Shown: positions 34,797-35,583 of the stretch, piece after piece
Layout: each line of letters begins with the position of its first letter
Numbering within the stretch: the stretch's first letter is position 1
Assembly: GCA_017609145.1 (NCBI GenBank)
Contig: JAFCEM010000002.1
Span: forward strand, 1 to 35,583
Length of the DNA: 35,583 nt
Reading direction: 5' to 3'
Source: Candidatus Aenigmatarchaeota archaeon
Lineage (GTDB): Archaea; Aenigmatarchaeota; Aenigmatarchaeia; QMZP01
Notes under the pieces: generated by a model
Told to the model about the DNA's origin: nothing
Database searches by the model: none
What the model saw: only the letters and a program-made list of their open reading frames with translations
Position numbers and translations under genes: made by a program

Positions 34797-35583
34797 ATGA
34801 GCAAAAAAGGGAGAATGAAGATACTTTTGCTTGGCTCCAAGGAATATCCATTTGGGAGCAGCTATAAGTATGACAGGAAAGCGGGCGGTGGAATAGAGAT
34901 TCATGTGGAAAAACTGGCCAAATTTTTGGCAAAGGAAGGACATGATGTTTTTCTTATAACAAGACAATTTCCCGGGCAGCCAAGAAAAGAAATATTACAT
35001 ACCGGACAGGGTAGGATTCATATTTTAAGGACATGGTTTCTTTACAATCCCCTTTTGCGTGCAATAACCTTTAATCTTTTTGCTTCTACCACTGCACTGA
35101 ATTTGATAAGAAAAGAGCGCATCGACCTTATACACTGTCATGGTCCGGTTGCCGGGGTCTTTGGTGCAATTCTTTCCAAAATTTTGAGAAAACCAATGAT
35201 ATTTACTCCTCACGGCACTGTTAGCACCTGGAGATTCCCGCTGAGTGAAATACTGAAAGTATTTGAGAAAGTCTCTGTGCTTTCGGCAAAGAAAACACTT
35301 TTCATAAGCGAGAAAGCACGCAGGGAAATGACCGCAAAAATGCGCTTTCCGAACATTCTTCTGACCAACGCAATTGACAAGAAAGACTATGCTTCTGAAA
35401 ACATCAGAGAAGGAAGGCCAAAAAGATTCCTGTTTCTTGGAAGGCTGGAGAAAATAAAGGGTATAAAGGAACTGCTGGACGCTTTCAATATGCTCATAGA
35501 AAAGCACCAGGATGCCGTGCTTACAATAGCGGGTGACGGGATAATGAGAAAATATATAGAAAGTTTTATCAGGAATAATGGCA
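34797..35583 (+). CDS. Family 4 (GT-B) glycosyltransferase, N-terminal part (runs off the window end)
   Basis: Absent from the ORF track because it has no stop. ATG 34797 reads MSKKGRMKILLLGSKEYPFGSS...GGIEIHVEKLAKFLAKEGHDVFLIT...HCHGPVAG...FLFLGRLEKIKGIKELLDAF, a typical GT4 N-domain and the start of the C-domain. Confidence 0.8.
   Translation, partial: MSKKGRMKILLLGSKEYPFGSSYKYDRKAGGGIEIHVEKLAKFLAKEGHDVFLITRQFPGQPRKEILHTGQGRIHILRTWFLYNPLLRAITFNLFASTTALNLIRKERIDLIHCHGPVAGVFGAILSKILRKPMIFTPHGTVSTWRFPLSEILKVFEKVSVLSAKKTLFISEKARREMTAKMRFPNILLTNAIDKKDYASENIREGRPKRFLFLGRLEKIKGIKELLDAFNMLIEKHQDAVLTIAGDGIMRKYIESFIRNNG

Noticed and set aside
34540-35507. Minus-strand ORFs of 130 and 160 aa near the window end
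   Set aside because: They are antisense to TFS and to a clear GT4 glycosyltransferase that is missing from the track only because it has no stop within the window.
1-35583. CRISPR arrays, cas genes, transposases/IS elements, integrases, toxin-antitoxin pairs and rRNA genes
   Set aside because: I scanned the translations and intergenic DNA and found no spaced direct repeats, no DDE, tyrosine or serine recombinase motifs, and no rRNA-like sequence.

Overview
This is a very compact, almost fully coding stretch of an archaeal chromosome. The archaeal assignment rests on Orc1/Cdc6, family-B DNA polymerase, Hjc, NAC, TFS, ribosomal protein S17e, an archaeal-type GlyRS and signal peptidase, and an EndoQ-like protein. 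Stop/start overlaps, leaderless-looking starts and tRNAs with non-canonical introns suggest a small-genome, possibly DPANN-like lineage, but that is only a guess. All calls come from reading the ORF translations and the DNA by eye; no searches were run.

Gene content, left to right:
- a PHP phosphoesterase, a GT2, a GT4 and a methyltransferase (a glycosylation cluster)
- glycyl-tRNA synthetase
- a P-type Ca2+-ATPase overlapping a Na+/Ca2+ exchanger
- NAC
- a replication island: PolB, an ORB-like repeat cluster, a TctA-like membrane protein, a degenerate DP1-like protein, Orc1/Cdc6, oriC, a metallophosphoesterase, an HTH regulator and Hjc
- an aminotransferase
- a four-gene coupled operon: ACD alpha, aldehyde dehydrogenase, NAD(P)HX dehydratase and a cyclic-DPG-synthetase-like protein
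- a split GltB-like gene
- a pilin-like protein divergent from three paralogous lipobox surface proteins
- EndoQ-like and DUF1512-like proteins
- tRNA-Asn, a small zinc protein, tRNA-Phe, S17e and a CBS/HPF-like fusion
- signal peptidase, TFS and another GT4

Most interesting observations:
1. A shortened PolD small-subunit (DP1) homolog has lost every phosphodiesterase motif. It sits in the classic oriC-cdc6-dp1 position with no DP2 beside it. The neighbouring PolB carries an extra C-terminal Cys4 zinc ribbon. Together these resemble a eukaryote-like PolB/B-subunit arrangement.
2. Two separate clusters of ORB-like origin boxes are present.
3. A four-CBS protein is fused to an HPF/S30AE-like domain and coupled to rps17e.
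4. Both tRNA genes carry introns at non-canonical positions.
5. Three secreted lipobox paralogs lie in tandem next to a class-III-signal pilin-like gene.

No CRISPR array, transposase, integrase or rRNA was seen.
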